From Octopus bimaculoides (taxonomy: Eukaryota), in NCBI RefSeq assembly GCF_001194135.2, contig NC_068983.1, positions 153,695,599 to 153,759,598 on the forward strand: DNA of 64,000 nt, written 5' to 3'. A program made the translations under genes and the position numbers. The notes beneath the pieces are model-generated. The model saw nothing but the letters and a program-made list of their open reading frames with translations. It did no database searches and was not told the DNA's origin. The number at the start of each line of letters is the position of its first letter. Within the stretch, counting starts at the first letter, position 1. This document shows positions 52,148 to 63,109 of this stretch, piece after piece.

Positions 52148-52989
52148 TATGTATATATATGTGTGTATGTGTGTATGCATGTATATATATATATATACAA
52201 ACTTCAATGTGTCTCTCTCCGTCTCTGTATCCATATATACTTATAATTGCATACCCTTGCGTAACGTGTGTAGACGCTTACGTAAGGTGAGATAATTTTT
52301 CAACATTTCTTCGTTGTAACACCCTGTGTGCAAAAGTTTTAGTGTATTCATTTATGCTTTTAAAGCACTGAACATTTTTTTGTTAAAATATACGTTTCTT
52401 TTAAATGGATTTACTAGCTAGAATGTTTAAAAAAGTGACTATCATTTACCGAATCTTGAGCGTAGCAGATGTTTCATCGAGCTATTCTCCAAACGTCTAA
52501 AATTAAGTGTATAAGGATTCGAACTGGAAATAAATACATATTTTCGAAACACACTAAAGAATCCAGATGTATGCTAGTTAGCATTTCACATTCGATAAAC
52601 TACGATCTAAATAAAATGGCCAACTTCTTTCAGCTTACTACTTCCACCTCCCTGACATTAACTGTAATCTATTCTATCTAACCTAACTTGGTTATCAATT
52701 TTTATGCAGGTTCTTTTCCATGGTAAATTAAATTGGTCACTAAGACAAATCTGGTGTTTTACACTGTGGGAGCATTTGACTGTCATATTGCGTAGAGTGT
52801 CATATAGTTAAACGATGTGTAATCCGGTGGACTTATGACTAGATATATCAATGGTTTATGACATGGTCTGATAAAATTGATATTAGTGACTTAACTTAAA
52901 ATTTGACTCTTTTTCTAAGTACTTATTAGATAAATTTCATAAACTCACTATATTTTGAATAGCGGCCTTTATTTATATATTAAAATATT

Positions 52990-53192
52990 GCTTCCTACAC
53001 TAGGACCGAAATTTTGGGGGAGGGGCCAGTCGAAATGTGGACCCCAGTACGCATTTGGTACTTAATTTAATGACCCTGAAAGGATGAAAGAAAAAGTCAA
53101 CCTCGGCGGAATTTGAACTCAGAACGTAGAGACAGATGAAAAGTCGCTAAGCATTTCGCCCGGCGTGCTAACGATTCGGCCAGCTCGCCGCC
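52990..53192 (-). mobile_element. Full-length family-A SINE
   Basis: TSD TA(T/C)ATAT(T/C)AAAATATTG on both sides. Confidence 0.9.
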
Positions 53193-53477
53193 TTTACATA
53201 TCAAAATATTGATTTCAGTTTACCTTCATAAAAATAAAATCTATAAAAGGTCGGTATTCCAGCAGCACTTGAGCAATATTCCAGTGTCAGTTGGCCCCTT
53301 CGGATACAGATCAATTATTCAGTTTAAAGAAAGCTTAAACTAGAAAACGCTTGTGAACACACGCAGAGACACACGCACAAACACACAGACAAACATAAAC
53401 ACACATATTCACAAACACATACACGTACACACACTCACACTGTCATATACGTACATATATACATATATATATATATC

Positions 53478-53816
53478 TTGACACTCCGTAGGTAACGACG
53501 ACGAGGGTTCCAGTTGATCCGATCAACGGAACAGCCTGCTCGTGAAATTAATGTGCAAGTGACTGAGCACTCCACAGACACGTGTCCCCTTAAAGTAGTT
53601 CTCGGGAAGATTCAGCGTGACACAGCGTGACACAGGAAGAAAGAACGAGAGAAAGTTGTGGTGAAAGAGTACAGCAGGGTTTGCCACCATCCCCTGCCGA
53701 ACCTCGTGGAAGTTTAGGTGTTTTCGCTCAATAAATACTCACAACTCCCGGTCTGGGAATCGAAACCGCGATCCTACGACCGTGAGTCCGCTGCCCTAAC
53801 CACTGGGACATTGCGC
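53478..53816 (-). mobile_element. tRNA-headed SINE (family E tail, different central domain)
   Basis: A-box CAGTGGTTAGGGCAGCGG, B-box GGTTTCGATTCC; tail shared with 44648-44940. Confidence 0.85.
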
Positions 53817-53830
53817 ATACACACACCTGT

Positions 53831-53863
<33 letters not shown>

Positions 53864-55245
53864 GTATATCTATCNNNNNNNNNNNNNNNNNNNNNNNNNN
53901 NNNNNNNNNNNNNNNNNNNNNNNNNNNNNNNNNNNNNNNNNNNNNNNNNNNNNNNNNNNNNNNNNNNNNNNNNNNNNNNNNNNNNNNNNNNNNNNNNNNN
54001 NNNNNNNNNNNNNNNNNNNNNNNNNNNNNNNNNNNNNNNNNNNNNNNNNNNNNNNNNNNNNNNNNNNNNNNNNNNNNNNNNNNNNNNNNNNNNNNNNNNN
54101 NNNNNNNNNNNNNNNNNNNNNNNNNNNNNNNNNNNNNNNNNNNNNNNNNNNNNNNNNNNNNNNNNNNNNNNNNNNNNNNNNNNNNNNNNNNNNNNNNNNN
54201 NNNNNNNNNNNNNNNNNNNNNNNNNNNNNNNNNNNNNNNNNNNNNNNNNNNNNNNNNNNNNNNNNNNNNNNNNNNNNNNNNNNNNNNNNNNNNNNNNNNN
54301 NNNNNNNNNNNNNNNNNNNNNNNNNNNNNNNNNNNNNNNNNNNNNNNNNNNNNNNNNNNNNNNNNNNNNNNNNNNNNNNNNNNNNNNNNNNNNNNNNNNN
54401 NNNNNNNNNNNNNNNNNNNNNNNNNNNNNTATATATATATATGCACGTTACATGAATGTATTATATAAAATTATATAAAATTTTGTTAGTGTAAATCTTG
54501 GTCTGGATTTGTTTTTATATCTATGTATATTTTTGTAAGAAATGTAGACGAATGTACCAATTTGTTTCTTCTGTGTTATGTTCATAATTCTTGTTCTGAT
54601 ATAGAAATCAGCAAAACAATCTTTATTGAAGTGGGAACAAGTTAAACAGAATAGAATAACATATGTATTGGAAACACTACTAGATTAAAATTTCACTGGT
54701 TTCAACGCAGAATGATCTCTGCAAAATTGTCTTCTGACAAAATATTACATCTGCTGTTGTTCCACCTATTCTAAAATTTATAAATACATATATGTTTTTA
54801 TGACTTTACAAGTGCGTGAATGTATTTAATCATGGCTTGGTTAGTTTTGGAGAAAACCAAAATCAATTTCTTTCGCTGATTTCTATACTTTGTGAGTGGA
54901 ATGTCTATCTAAGCGTGTAGTCATTATTGAGGAGTATCAATCAAACTGAAACATCACGTCCAGTAATCTCACGGGTTTCAGGGAGACCTCCTGTTTTTTT
55001 TTTAGCTCACAAGTCTCTTTAAAAGTAGTTTTCTCTGAGATAACTACTTAGTGCCGCTCCATGCTTGTACATACAATATAAATAATATATATATATATAN
55101 NNNNNNNNNNNNNNNNNNNNNNNNNNNNNNNNNNNNNNNNNNNNNNNNNNNNNNNNNNNNNNNNNNNNNNNNNNNNNNNNNNNNNNNNNNNNNNNNNNNN
55201 NNNNNNNNNNNNNNNNNNNNNNNNNNNNNNNNNATATATATAATG

Positions 55246-55282
<37 letters not shown>

Positions 55283-55814
55283 CTGTGTGTGTGTGTGTGT
55301 GTGTCGGTGTTTGAATTTCCTCAGACAAATTTGTGTTAACAATCCGTCAGTGTAACATATGATCGCTGCAACACTATGCGTTTATGCAATAATATCTCCC
55401 CTGTGGATGTCACATCATACCAAACCTAACTTCTAAATCAAGTATCTTTTCCAATTTACCAGAATACATCCTGTGCATCTTGAAGACTACGTTTAGTTAA
55501 TTTTATACTTTTAGTAAGAATCTTGTAGAAGCACTCCATATATGAAATACCGAAGAAGTCTTAAATAAAATATGATTCTATTACACACACTTACATCATA
55601 ATGAGATATATATTCAAATATTCAATTTGTTACTTTTGTCTCTATATAATAAAACTTATATCTGCAGGAAAACAAATGAAAACTTTTGTAGTAAATTCTT
55701 TCTGAAATATAAGGAAACATTAGCATGTGTTGGTTTCCGTTAATAATTTCACAATTCCACAACATGGATCCGACTTAGATCCTGTTACACAGTAAATTTC
55801 CCTGGCGTCTTCCC

Positions 55815-55958
55815 TTATTTTGGCACAATCCAAGAAAAATATGAGGGTGGGAATGTCGATTTTATTTTATTTGACCCAGAAAAGATGAAGGACAAATTCG
55901 GAAGAATTGCTGCTAAGCATTTTGCCTGACGCAGTAACGACTCTACCAGCTCACCGTA
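55815..55958 (-). mobile_element. Degraded C-tail SINE
   Basis: TTTTGGCACAA tail and GCTAAGCATTTTGCC...CCAGCTCACCG head remnants. Confidence 0.6.
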
Positions 55959-57484
55959 TTAAAGGGATCTATAAATAATAACTTCTGATTATAAATCAGA
56001 AGTTATTATTTATAGAATGTTATGAAGGCTTATACAGTATGGCATATTCTCTCTAATGTTTAACAGGTTTTGACAAACGAAGTTAATATGATAGAATTAG
56101 CTATCTCCCAACTCACGTTTGCATTTATCAAAGTAGGAATAACATCATGTGGACGTTGTTGGTTATAGTTATGTTCAATCATAACTGAAATGCATTATAA
56201 GAAGCAAAGCAATTGCAATAAAGAGCAGGTCTTGAAATTTTAGTAAAATGCAAATATGTTTACTGACGCAATTTGTTGTTGCTATTACTATATTTATTGC
56301 CACAATATGTATACGCTAAGTCGGCGTTAACCAGTAAACATGTACTCTCCAAAAGCTGAGAAATCTACTGTTGGGGCAGTAAATGAAACATTTTATTCCG
56401 TTGTAAATCTATCACGGTATATTCATTGCAACTTGAAACTACTTACTTTATTGAGATCGGTTCAATCAGTAAAACAGTTAATTGTACTGTTTGTATATCA
56501 CATACTATTTTCCGCTGGAATATTTCTTGAAAGAAAACAAGTGTGACGTTAAAAATGTTATGAAAATATTCCATATGGTGAATACAAGAAAGACTCATCA
56601 TAATGATGATAAGCACTAATTGGCCAGGAACCGTGTTTGTCCCGAAGTCGTTGAAATCCAAGTAGTATACAATATATTTACTGAGTTACCAGAATTTGAA
56701 ATGAAATTCTTTCTAAAAATAAACATTTGTAGTTAAACAATGTCAGAAGATTATCTATTAAATTTGGAATGAAACAAACTAAGTTTCCATGTTTTCCCAG
56801 ATTAAACTCCACCATCTATAGCATGTCTTTCCTGAAAATCAAAAGAGTCGCAAATTTAACTTTACTAATCTGTTTTCAGTGGAAAATTGATTTTCTGTGG
56901 AAAAACGATTTTCAGTGGAAAAACGAAACGTGTAACAGACTAGTTTGATTTTATTCTAGTTATTAAAATAAAATGCTGGATTTCACTGAGAATTTCCTGT
57001 TATGTAAAGTTTTCTGCAGCTTTGTTTACCAAAATAGATATTTGGAAAATACGTCTCGAGAATCTCATTGTTAAATTCGTTCACTGAATATATAGTCACT
57101 ACTAGTAACATTTACATAAAATGGCATATTTTTGTTCTCAAATAGCAGGTAACAAAATAATATAGAACATCTTCATTTTGAATTTAAGGCCATTTTATTC
57201 CATCAGAAGAACCGTCAGATGCTTCCCCCAACTTTAATGCCTTCATTTTGAAGTTGGATCATAAATTAATTATCAGCCTCTGCAGAGTTGATGATAACGT
57301 TGTTTATTATAATTATTTCCATAGTGTTAGAATTTTGCAATCCCTAATTCCATAGATCGTATGCATCAACAAACAAAGCCATTTCAAGTTTATGGTAATA
57401 CATAACGTCGAAGTTATTCTACCAGAAAACAATAGGCATTTGCACCAATTTCGCCTAAAATTATATTTGATCTTACATCAGATT

Positions 57485-57486
57485 AC

Positions 57487-57555
<69 letters not shown>
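57485..57555 (+). repeat. (TAA)n microsatellite
   Basis: Directly visible. Confidence 0.95.
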
Positions 57556-57556
<1 letters not shown>

Positions 57557-57855
57557 TATTTACATTATTTACATTTGACGGATATTTGTCCTCATCTTGT
57601 TTGTTGTTAACACAACGTTTCGGCTGATATACCCTCCAGCCTTCGTCAGGTGTCTTGGGGAAATTTCGAACCTGGGTTCTCATTCCTAACGATGTTACTA
57701 TTATTATATTATAGTAACATCGTTAGGAATGAGAACCCAGGTTCGAAATTTCCCCAAGACATCTAACGAAGGCTGGAGGGTATATCAGCCAAAACGTTGT
57801 GTTAACAACAAACAAGATGAGGACACATATCCGTCAAATGTAAATAATGTAAATA
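57557..57855. repeat. Palindrome of two Penelope-type pLTR-like arms (145 bp each, 9-nt spacer, 4 mismatches)
   Basis: Base-by-base comparison of 57557-57701 with the reverse complement of 57711-57855. Confidence 0.95.
57609..57654 (-). ncRNA. Minimal type I hammerhead ribozyme motif (PLE-type)
   Basis: GACAC-CUGACGA-A-GGCUG(GAGGGUAUAU)CAGCC-GAAA-CGU-U-GUGUU: helix I GACAC/GUGUU, helix II GGCUG/CAGCC, palindromic ACGU helix III as in dimer-acting PLE hammerheads; one extra A before helix II. Confidence 0.7.
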
Positions 57856-58694
57856 ATTCCTCATCTCTTAAATATAGAACTGGAATAATAATAATAATAT
57901 AAGTTTTAGTACTAACGTAATGTATAAAGACCGTAATACCACATTCAACAGTCATTATTATTATTTTCCTTGTGGCAACTGTATAGATTTCTGTTTGTTT
58001 CGATATACTAGACAAAGACTTTGACGAGATGCGAACTGTAAATGCTTCGATTTTCTGGTGTGTACTTTTGCATGAATTCTACTGAGCGTGACACGGGATA
58101 GAACACGTATCATAAAAGTAAAGTTTGGTGAAATAGAACAGTATGTAACCTCAAACAAACCAATAATTACAATGATGAGCAAACTAGAGCTAAGTTAGCT
58201 AACATGCAAACTCAATGACAATGGTTGCATATAACATTATCACATGTCAAAATCATGTTTTCCAATGGACGAATACTTTCCAAATGCCTCCGGATGGGAG
58301 GGACAAGCCATTGTATTGATTGAAATCAATTAAACGTTTAAGTTATGTCAACAGATAACGTCATCTTAATGTAGTTTCACTATATACCCTCCAAAGAAAA
58401 TATTTTTCGCTGTGCCAACATACTTTTGTTGTTGATATGAAAGGGTTTTTAAAGTTGGACAACTGTTTGGTATGATGCCAAAATCGACACCAGCGGTGTT
58501 CCTATGAAAGCAATGTCAGTGGTTTACATCTGACAACCCTTCCTAAGATAGTCAAACTAGTGTGTTCACTTGCTCATTCCATTCTCTGCACCAACAATTT
58601 CATGTTTGTAATTTTTATCGCAAGTTACGACACTGGTAAGATATTATCTCAGCAGAGCATATAAACGAAGCTTTTATCAATAAGTATTGCAAGA

Positions 58695-58859
58695 CTTTCC
58701 ACTCTACACACAAGGCCCGAAATTGTGGGAGAGGGGGACCAGTCGATTAGATCGACCCCAGTATGCAACTGGTACGTAATTTATCTACCCCTAAAGGATG
58801 AAAGGCAAAGTCAACCTCGGCGGAATTTGAACTCAGAACGTAAAGACAGACGAAATGCC
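58695..58859 (-). mobile_element. Family-A SINE, 3' part (interrupted by the Tx1 LINE)
   Basis: Tail and body run up to GACAGACGAAATGCC and stop there. Confidence 0.9.
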
Positions 58860-61729
58860 AATTTCGTTATTGCCATAGGGGGCCAAAAACAGAAATAGAC
58901 AGAACAACTGATTGGGATCAGTAATACGTTATGATTTTGCACAAAATATGAATATAAAAATTATATAAAATATTCAAAAATTGAATGAAATTAACAATAC
59001 AGAGACAACACAAATGTAGCGATGATCAGGCCACGCTCCGACCCCACAAGCCCCGATCTATCGCTGGGACCTTTTATTGTTCTTCTTTTATAGCCTATTG
59101 AAACGGTTCCTTGCACGCAAAACACTAGGGCAACATTCTTCCATCTCTTTTTGAATATACTCCCCGACAGAAACCTCTACTCCAGCCACACCTTCCTTTT
59201 CAAAGGAAAAGTAAAAAATTATCGTAAATCGTAGCCGGAGATAAAGTTTCTTATCTTAATCACTTTTACCCTCGTCTTCCATACTCCTCTTTCGTTATTG
59301 CTACAACCGTGAGAAAACAATTCTTACCTTTGTTTGTTAAAACTTCCGGTGGGTCAATTTTTATAATTCACTCGGTCGACAGCCGTACTCTTCCTTCGCC
59401 GAACAACAAGTGTTCAGCATAAACTCACATTTCAGATATCTCCAGACATTGGACAATAGCGCGAGGGACGGTTTCCCTGTCTCCCCCGCGTTTTGGACAG
59501 GTCGGAGACTGACGCTTACCATGTCTTGTGAGCTTCTCCCTAACGGCTAAGGCAGCTCAGTAAGATTGCCAGGTCAAGGAATTTTGGAAGTTGTCCAGTT
59601 CTCAACCTGAATTACGATGAAACAGGCTGTCCAGTTGAATATACCCGAGACCCAGAGTCGTCCCCAGGTCATCGTCACATTTAGACTCTACCAACCCGAT
59701 ATATATAATTCGTGTAGAACCCCCACTGCAGGCGTTGCCCGAGCGGCGGAATAGCAGAAGGACCTTACAGGGCACTGTCATGGTATTAGCTGTCAGAAGT
59801 GAAAGTAGAAAAATCTGAAGGAACGTTACTGCTGGTTTGAGTTGATTCTTTGGCTACTGACAGCTAATACCATGACTGGCCGGAGCGAGCTATCTGTCTG
59901 TCTGTCTGTATCTCTCTCTATCTATCTATCACTCGAAAGTTATTGGAACAAATTTGACACCTATATCCATGCATTTGAAAACACACAGAGTATAAGGGTA
60001 CTACTAAAGCAGAGTGGTCCCGAACGCGCAGTCGCGCGTCCGCGCTAGCTAGTCGTGAGTGGTCGTTCCTATTATTTTTAAACTTCATTTCTTTTCTATT
60101 TTGATAAATTCTCTCTGTTGAAAATTATATTTTTATATTTTAAATAATTTGCAATTTCAGAAAATATATTTTTATATTAAATTTGCGTTTTCTAATTTGA
60201 TAAATTCTACGGACACAAACAGAGGTGAACGAGTGATAGATAGATAGATATATATATAGAGAGAGAGAGAGATAGCTCCGGCTATTCAGTAGCCAAAGAA
60301 TCAACTCAAACCAGCAGTAACGTTCCTTGTCAGTTCTACTTTCAATTCTGACAGCTAATACCATGACAGTGCCCCTTACAGCACTCTTTATGACATTCAC
60401 TCGACCTCGGTCTACGAAAATACCAGGCATCCTATTCGCAAAATCTTTTGAAGGCGGGGAACATTTGTCTGGCCAGCGGAGATCACAACCGTTCACCATC
60501 CAGGAGAATCGAGAGATACTTTCACCTCAACGCATGCCTGTGCATCATTAACCAAGGCATCACTAAACCTCCCTTTAACAGCTTTTCACAACAGACAGAT
60601 CGTTTCACAAGTAGCGACCTGCACTTACACAAGAAGCGAAAGAGCTGTCTCTCGAACCTGATCAACTACGAATCTGGACAGGGCACGATGGTCAGGTGGT
60701 AGGTAATGACCTATGCGATAAACACATTGGCCATCTCCACCCTCCCTTTCAGGGACATCCACCGCCAAGACCAGGTCTTTACTGCAGTCACTCTGCTCGA
60801 AACCTCCGTCCAGTTCTTCTCTATCTGGAGGTCTAGTCCAAACCAGACTCCCAGCAACTTAACCGGTCCTTCAGTGCAGAGCCCAACAACGCTGTAGCCT
60901 GAAGAAGTGTTATATTATATTCCTTTTTTGCCAGGACTGCCGCCATCAACCACATAGGGTCGACTTGAGGTATACGTATCTTTGACGTCCCCATTCTCAT
61001 ATATATTGGAATTAAAGCAGCATCCTCTGTTTCTAAAGACTTAACTGAGTGTATTTGTGCAGTTTCTATATCTTTTAGTGGTACTTCGACAGTACCAAAC
61101 GTCTTCCCTCTGGGTAGGTATGTGATATCCTGTCAGATATCTTTCAAACACTTCTCAATTTCTCTTCGTTCACTCGATCAATTTTTTTCCTTTTAGACAG
61201 TAAGATTTAAAAATAATTGTTTTTTCTTTTTTCTGACATTAATAGTTCTTCCGGGGGTTGAACTTTCACGACACAAGCTTCAATTTTTTTCATACCTTTG
61301 TACTTTACCGGGTCATTTTTGTTTGTCGACAGCTGGCGGGTTCCACCTCCAGCCGCCGATGCAAAATTCTTTGTTTGTTTATTTTATTCTGTTTGAAAGT
61401 TTTTCACGTCAATATTCCTCTTTGCAACAGTACACATTGATGTTTGGGGAAATTCACTTTCAGAAGAATCCGAAATATCACCAAATATTAAACTTCCAAT
61501 CTGGTTTGCCTCCTTGTCGGTTGACGACTTTTCGCCAGACGAAGCTACACTTTGCGGCATCTTGCCAGCAATTAATGTTCGCCCCACAGCGGAAAACAGA
61601 CGTTAGTTTTCGAACGAAGACTATCACACAAAAACTAATAACAGGAAATAACACAAAAACTGTCAATAGAGATTTGCACTTACGCTACAGACGCACTCCA
61701 ATAATTATTACCAATAAATCCAAACTCAC
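58860..61729 (-). mobile_element. Internally deleted Tx1/L1-clade LINE retaining both ends (5'UTR, ORF1 start, ORF2 thumb + zinc knuckle, 3'UTR)
   Basis: ORF2 remnants GPVKLLGVWFG..QIEKNW...WSWRWMSLKGRVEMANVFI...RQLFRFL..K...V.R..C..L.KGGL.MP and LDNFQNSLTWQSY..AL.VREKL.RHG....TCP.....ETV....QC; ORF1 start MPQSVASSGE at 61560; flanked by ACAGACGAAA(TG/CA)CC(A/G). Confidence 0.85.
59771..60373. mobile_element. MITE with ~140-165-bp TIRs and 8-bp TSD (Merlin-like), nested in the Tx1 ORF2
   Basis: TIR GGCACTGTCATGGTATTAGCTGTCAGAA...; TSD CCTTACAG at 59763 and 60374. Confidence 0.9.
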
Positions 61730-61787
61730 ACAGACGAAACACCGATAAGCATTTCGCCCCGTGTGCTAACGTTTCTGCCAGCTCGCC
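61730..61787 (-). mobile_element. Family-A SINE head (5' side of the Tx1 insertion)
   Basis: GGCGAGCTGGCAGAAACGTTAGCACACGGGGCGAAATGCTTATCGG. Confidence 0.9.
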
Positions 61788-63109
61788 TAAAAAGTCATAT
61801 TAATCATATATAAGCTTCTACATTTTAGAATCTGAGGTTTAATTAGTTACCTGTTAATTTATTAACTTTTGTTGATGTAAAAGTGTAAATCAGGATCTTC
61901 CCAGATTCAAATGGTACGTTAATTGTCCAATTGTGTGAAGCGGAATATCTCCGGTTTAATGTTCGAGAAACGCTAGTAGACTTTAAAACCTGGCTCAAGT
62001 CATGCCTGTGAATCTTAGCAGAAAAAGTCATTATATTTTTAAAAGCTGACAATGAACTTAATATGCAATTTTGTTGTATCTTTGTGCTTGAAGATCCCGA
62101 TAGCATGTTTAAAAAAATTGCTGTTCATACCAAACAGCATATACCTACATTACGCTGGTAGATGTCTGTTGCAAATTACAACTGATTGGGAAGATATATT
62201 ACCTTCTTAGCCAAGAAAAATTGGGGTCGCTGAGGAAAGTCAGCATCAGTTAACAATTGATGACTGCCGGATACTGTCCGTTCAGCGTGTATTCAGAAGT
62301 TTGATTACCTCAATACTGAGTGGCAATTTCTCAGCGCTGTTGCACGTAGCTGTCTCAGTAGATGATCTTGAACGAAACGCTCGATCTGTCAAAGGAATCT
62401 TGTATTTTAGTTCGTTATAGCACCTTGACTATTACTGTAGAAGCTATAGATACTGGTTACATATCACTGAAAGCAAGGTCGACAGATGCGTAGAGTTATA
62501 CGGCAGCGCTAAAGTAGTGTGGCTGGTACACATTCTGAGATGGTACACATGCTTAGGAAAGCGATCTCGGAACAGAAATGAGTATTAATAAATTATTTGC
62601 AACTTAGCATCTAGAGGGAGACATCTATGCTGGCCGCTAAGAATCGTTAGGATACTTTCCTTTGATGCAGTCATACTTCCAAGTGAATAAGAAGTGTGCA
62701 AATGTTACAAACTGCATATTTAATTTCATTAGGAAATAGGATGAGACAGATGTGTGCGTAAGAGATCGGGATGGGACAGTAGATATATATATATGTTGCC
62801 CTCATAATTTTATATAAGCTCTTAATCATGGTTTAACTCAATTTTCATAATATTATTTGCCCAGAGAATTTCTACTTCTGCTTTTCCTATAAAAGAATGT
62901 CTTTCTACCAATCAGAAGTTCCAGTTCACTTAAGTGGCATTTTGAAAGAAGTTGAGTATGTCGTAAATGAAGATGCTAAAACGTTCAGTAGGTTTGGACT
63001 AGGATAAGATTCATGGAATATGAGAATCTGATTCTTTGCCGAGGAATGTTATCCTTGGTGGGATTTCAACTCTGAACGTAAATAATGGGAAGAGATTTGG
63101 CTAGACTAT

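Noticed and set aside
51320-52396. 216-bp identical direct repeat (51320-51535 and 52181-52396)
   Set aside because: 100% identical, directly flanks a gap and starts in an (AT)n tract: most likely an unmerged contig overlap or haplotype artefact.
56447-56525. Minus-strand 79-bp segment with good acceptor and donor
   Set aside because: Single open frame with no homology and no compatible partner exon identified.
56874-56925. Three ~18-bp tandem units TTTTC(A/T)GTGGAAAA; also short duplications at 13198, 17434 and 3465
   Set aside because: Ordinary slippage-type micro-duplications.
61890-62650. GC-richer block with a ~69-codon open frame lacking ATG
   Set aside because: No recognisable domain or termini; left unassigned.
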